Translations under genes and position numbers: made by a program
Shown here: one piece after another, positions 62,910-64,000 of the stretch
How positions within the stretch are numbered: the stretch's first letter is position 1
How the letters are laid out: the number at the start of each line of letters is the position of its first letter
From: Candidatus Binatia bacterium
GTDB taxonomy: Bacteria; Desulfobacterota; Binatia; UBA9968; CAXXLF01
Direction of reading: 5' to 3'
Assembly (NCBI GenBank): GCA_963664015.2
Contig: CAXXLF010000001.1
Location: 576,001 to 640,000, forward strand
Length of the DNA stretch: 64,000 nt
The notes under the pieces: generated by a model
Databases searched by the model: none
The model's input: only the letters and a program-made list of their open reading frames with translations
Told to the model about the DNA's origin: nothing

Positions 62910-63656
62910 ATGTTCCTGCACCTTTCTTTCAAACTTCCCAAAAAACCTCAGCAACTCCTACAGATCATACTACTGTGGTCGGTGGCTAGTTGCGCGCTGC
63001 CACCCACAGACGTACGGGTTTCAGTTCCTGGGCCATCCCAACGTAGCGTGAGCCAATTCGGCATCGCTTCCTGGTACGGTCCCGGGTTTCACGGTCAGCC
63101 CACAGCAAGCGGTATGATCTATGATCAATTCGACCTCACTGCGGCCCACCGCACGCTCCCCTTGGGAAGCCGAGTCATGGTTACGAACCTTGAAAATGGA
63201 AAATCCATAGAGGTCTCTGTCAATGACCGCGGCCCCTTTGTCGAAGGGAGGATCATTGATCTCTCCTATGCTGCGGCCGACGCCCTGGCCATGGTTGGAC
63301 CCGGCACAACACCGGTACGGATTGAACTGATTCACAACGACCCTGCTATAATTACCAGGATTCGTTCCCATTTGGACTATACCCTACAGATCGGTTCTTT
63401 TATCGACCTGGGCAACGCCGTGGAACTCAGAACGACCCTGCTAGAGAATTACCCCTGGGCCACTCCCATATCGGTGGTGCGCTTTCAAGGGACCGGTTCC
63501 ACTTACTATCGCGTTCAACTCGGGATCTTCGAGGATCGGGGCGAAGCCGAAAGACACGTCCTTCAGCTTGCCAAAGACGGGTTCCCCGCCATCATTATGG
63601 AGAACTGGGAACAGCACAACGGGGAGGAGGACCTGACTCTTGGTCACCCCTTTTGA
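62910..63656 (+). CDS. rlpA: Septal ring lytic transglycosylase RlpA with SPOR domain
   Basis: ASWYG, TAAHRTLPLG, VNDRGPF, IIDLS, LQIGSF..YRVQLG. Confidence 0.9.
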   Translation: MFLHLSFKLPKKPQQLLQIILLWSVASCALPPTDVRVSVPGPSQRSVSQFGIASWYGPGFHGQPTASGMIYDQFDLTAAHRTLPLGSRVMVTNLENGKSIEVSVNDRGPFVEGRIIDLSYAAADALAMVGPGTTPVRIELIHNDPAIITRIRSHLDYTLQIGSFIDLGNAVELRTTLLENYPWATPISVVRFQGTGSTYYRVQLGIFEDRGEAERHVLQLAKDGFPAIIMENWEQHNGEEDLTLGHPF

Positions 63657-64000
63657 CTCAAAAAATACTCGGCACCTTCCCCAAATACCTTTCCCTCTCC
63701 TATCAACTTGATGAGATGGGCCTCCAAGGAGCGACCGGCTACGGGAACAAGCACCGGGATAAGATCCTGGTAAATGATCTCCACCATGGAATCAATGGTA
63801 TGACGCCCGTCTTTCAAACATCCTAGGACTTGTCGTTCGCGCATCAGACGATGCTGGATATACTCTCGTATCTTTCCGTAGGGATCGTCCATATGGGGTC
63901 CATGGCCGGGAAGTAACAATTGAATTTTTAGATCCAAGAGCTTTTCAAGGGACTGCATATAGTGAGCCATGTCGCCATCTGGAGGACCGATCACCGCCGT
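63644..64000 (-). CDS. MBL-fold metallo-hydrolase (C-terminal part)
   Basis: PPDGDMAHYMQSL, LLPGHGP, HRLMRE, LEAHLIKL. Confidence 0.85.
   Translation of the reverse strand, partial: TAVIGPPDGDMAHYMQSLEKLLDLKIQLLLPGHGPHMDDPYGKIREYIQHRLMRERQVLGCLKDGRHTIDSMVEIIYQDLIPVLVPVAGRSLEAHLIKLIGEGKVFGEGAEYFLSQKG

Overview
Bacterial chromosomal window. Gene content and order suggest a deltaproteobacterial-type organism, possibly Candidatus Binatota; this is an inference. Two intact housekeeping blocks flank a ~37 kb accessory region (15.5-52 kb). The left block is murJ-rpsT-lptE-leuS-nusB-rib-nrdR-glyA-rpiB-acpP-fabG-fabD-plsX-rpmF-yceD. The right block is ychF...ntrY-ruvBAC-yebC-rlpA. About 20 genes, nearly all in the accessory region, are broken by in-frame stops, frameshifts or lost starts, while I saw no lesion in core genes. 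The best candidate for an undescribed system is an NtrY-type membrane histidine kinase followed directly by one ORF fusing an intact NtrX-like receiver domain to a catalytically complete LpxC, suggesting direct phosphorylation control of lipid A synthesis. Other notable items: a RibBA with a degenerate DHBP-synthase half; 7/8/9-nt periodic hairpin elements in rib-operon spacers; a palindromic insert that disrupts a DUF2905 gene; a repeat-derived in-frame insert in queG; a duplicated yhhQ 3' end flanking one of three MFS paralogs; an HtrA-like pseudoprotease; and a channel with a non-canonical filter. No rRNA, tRNA, CRISPR array, transposase or integrase was seen.
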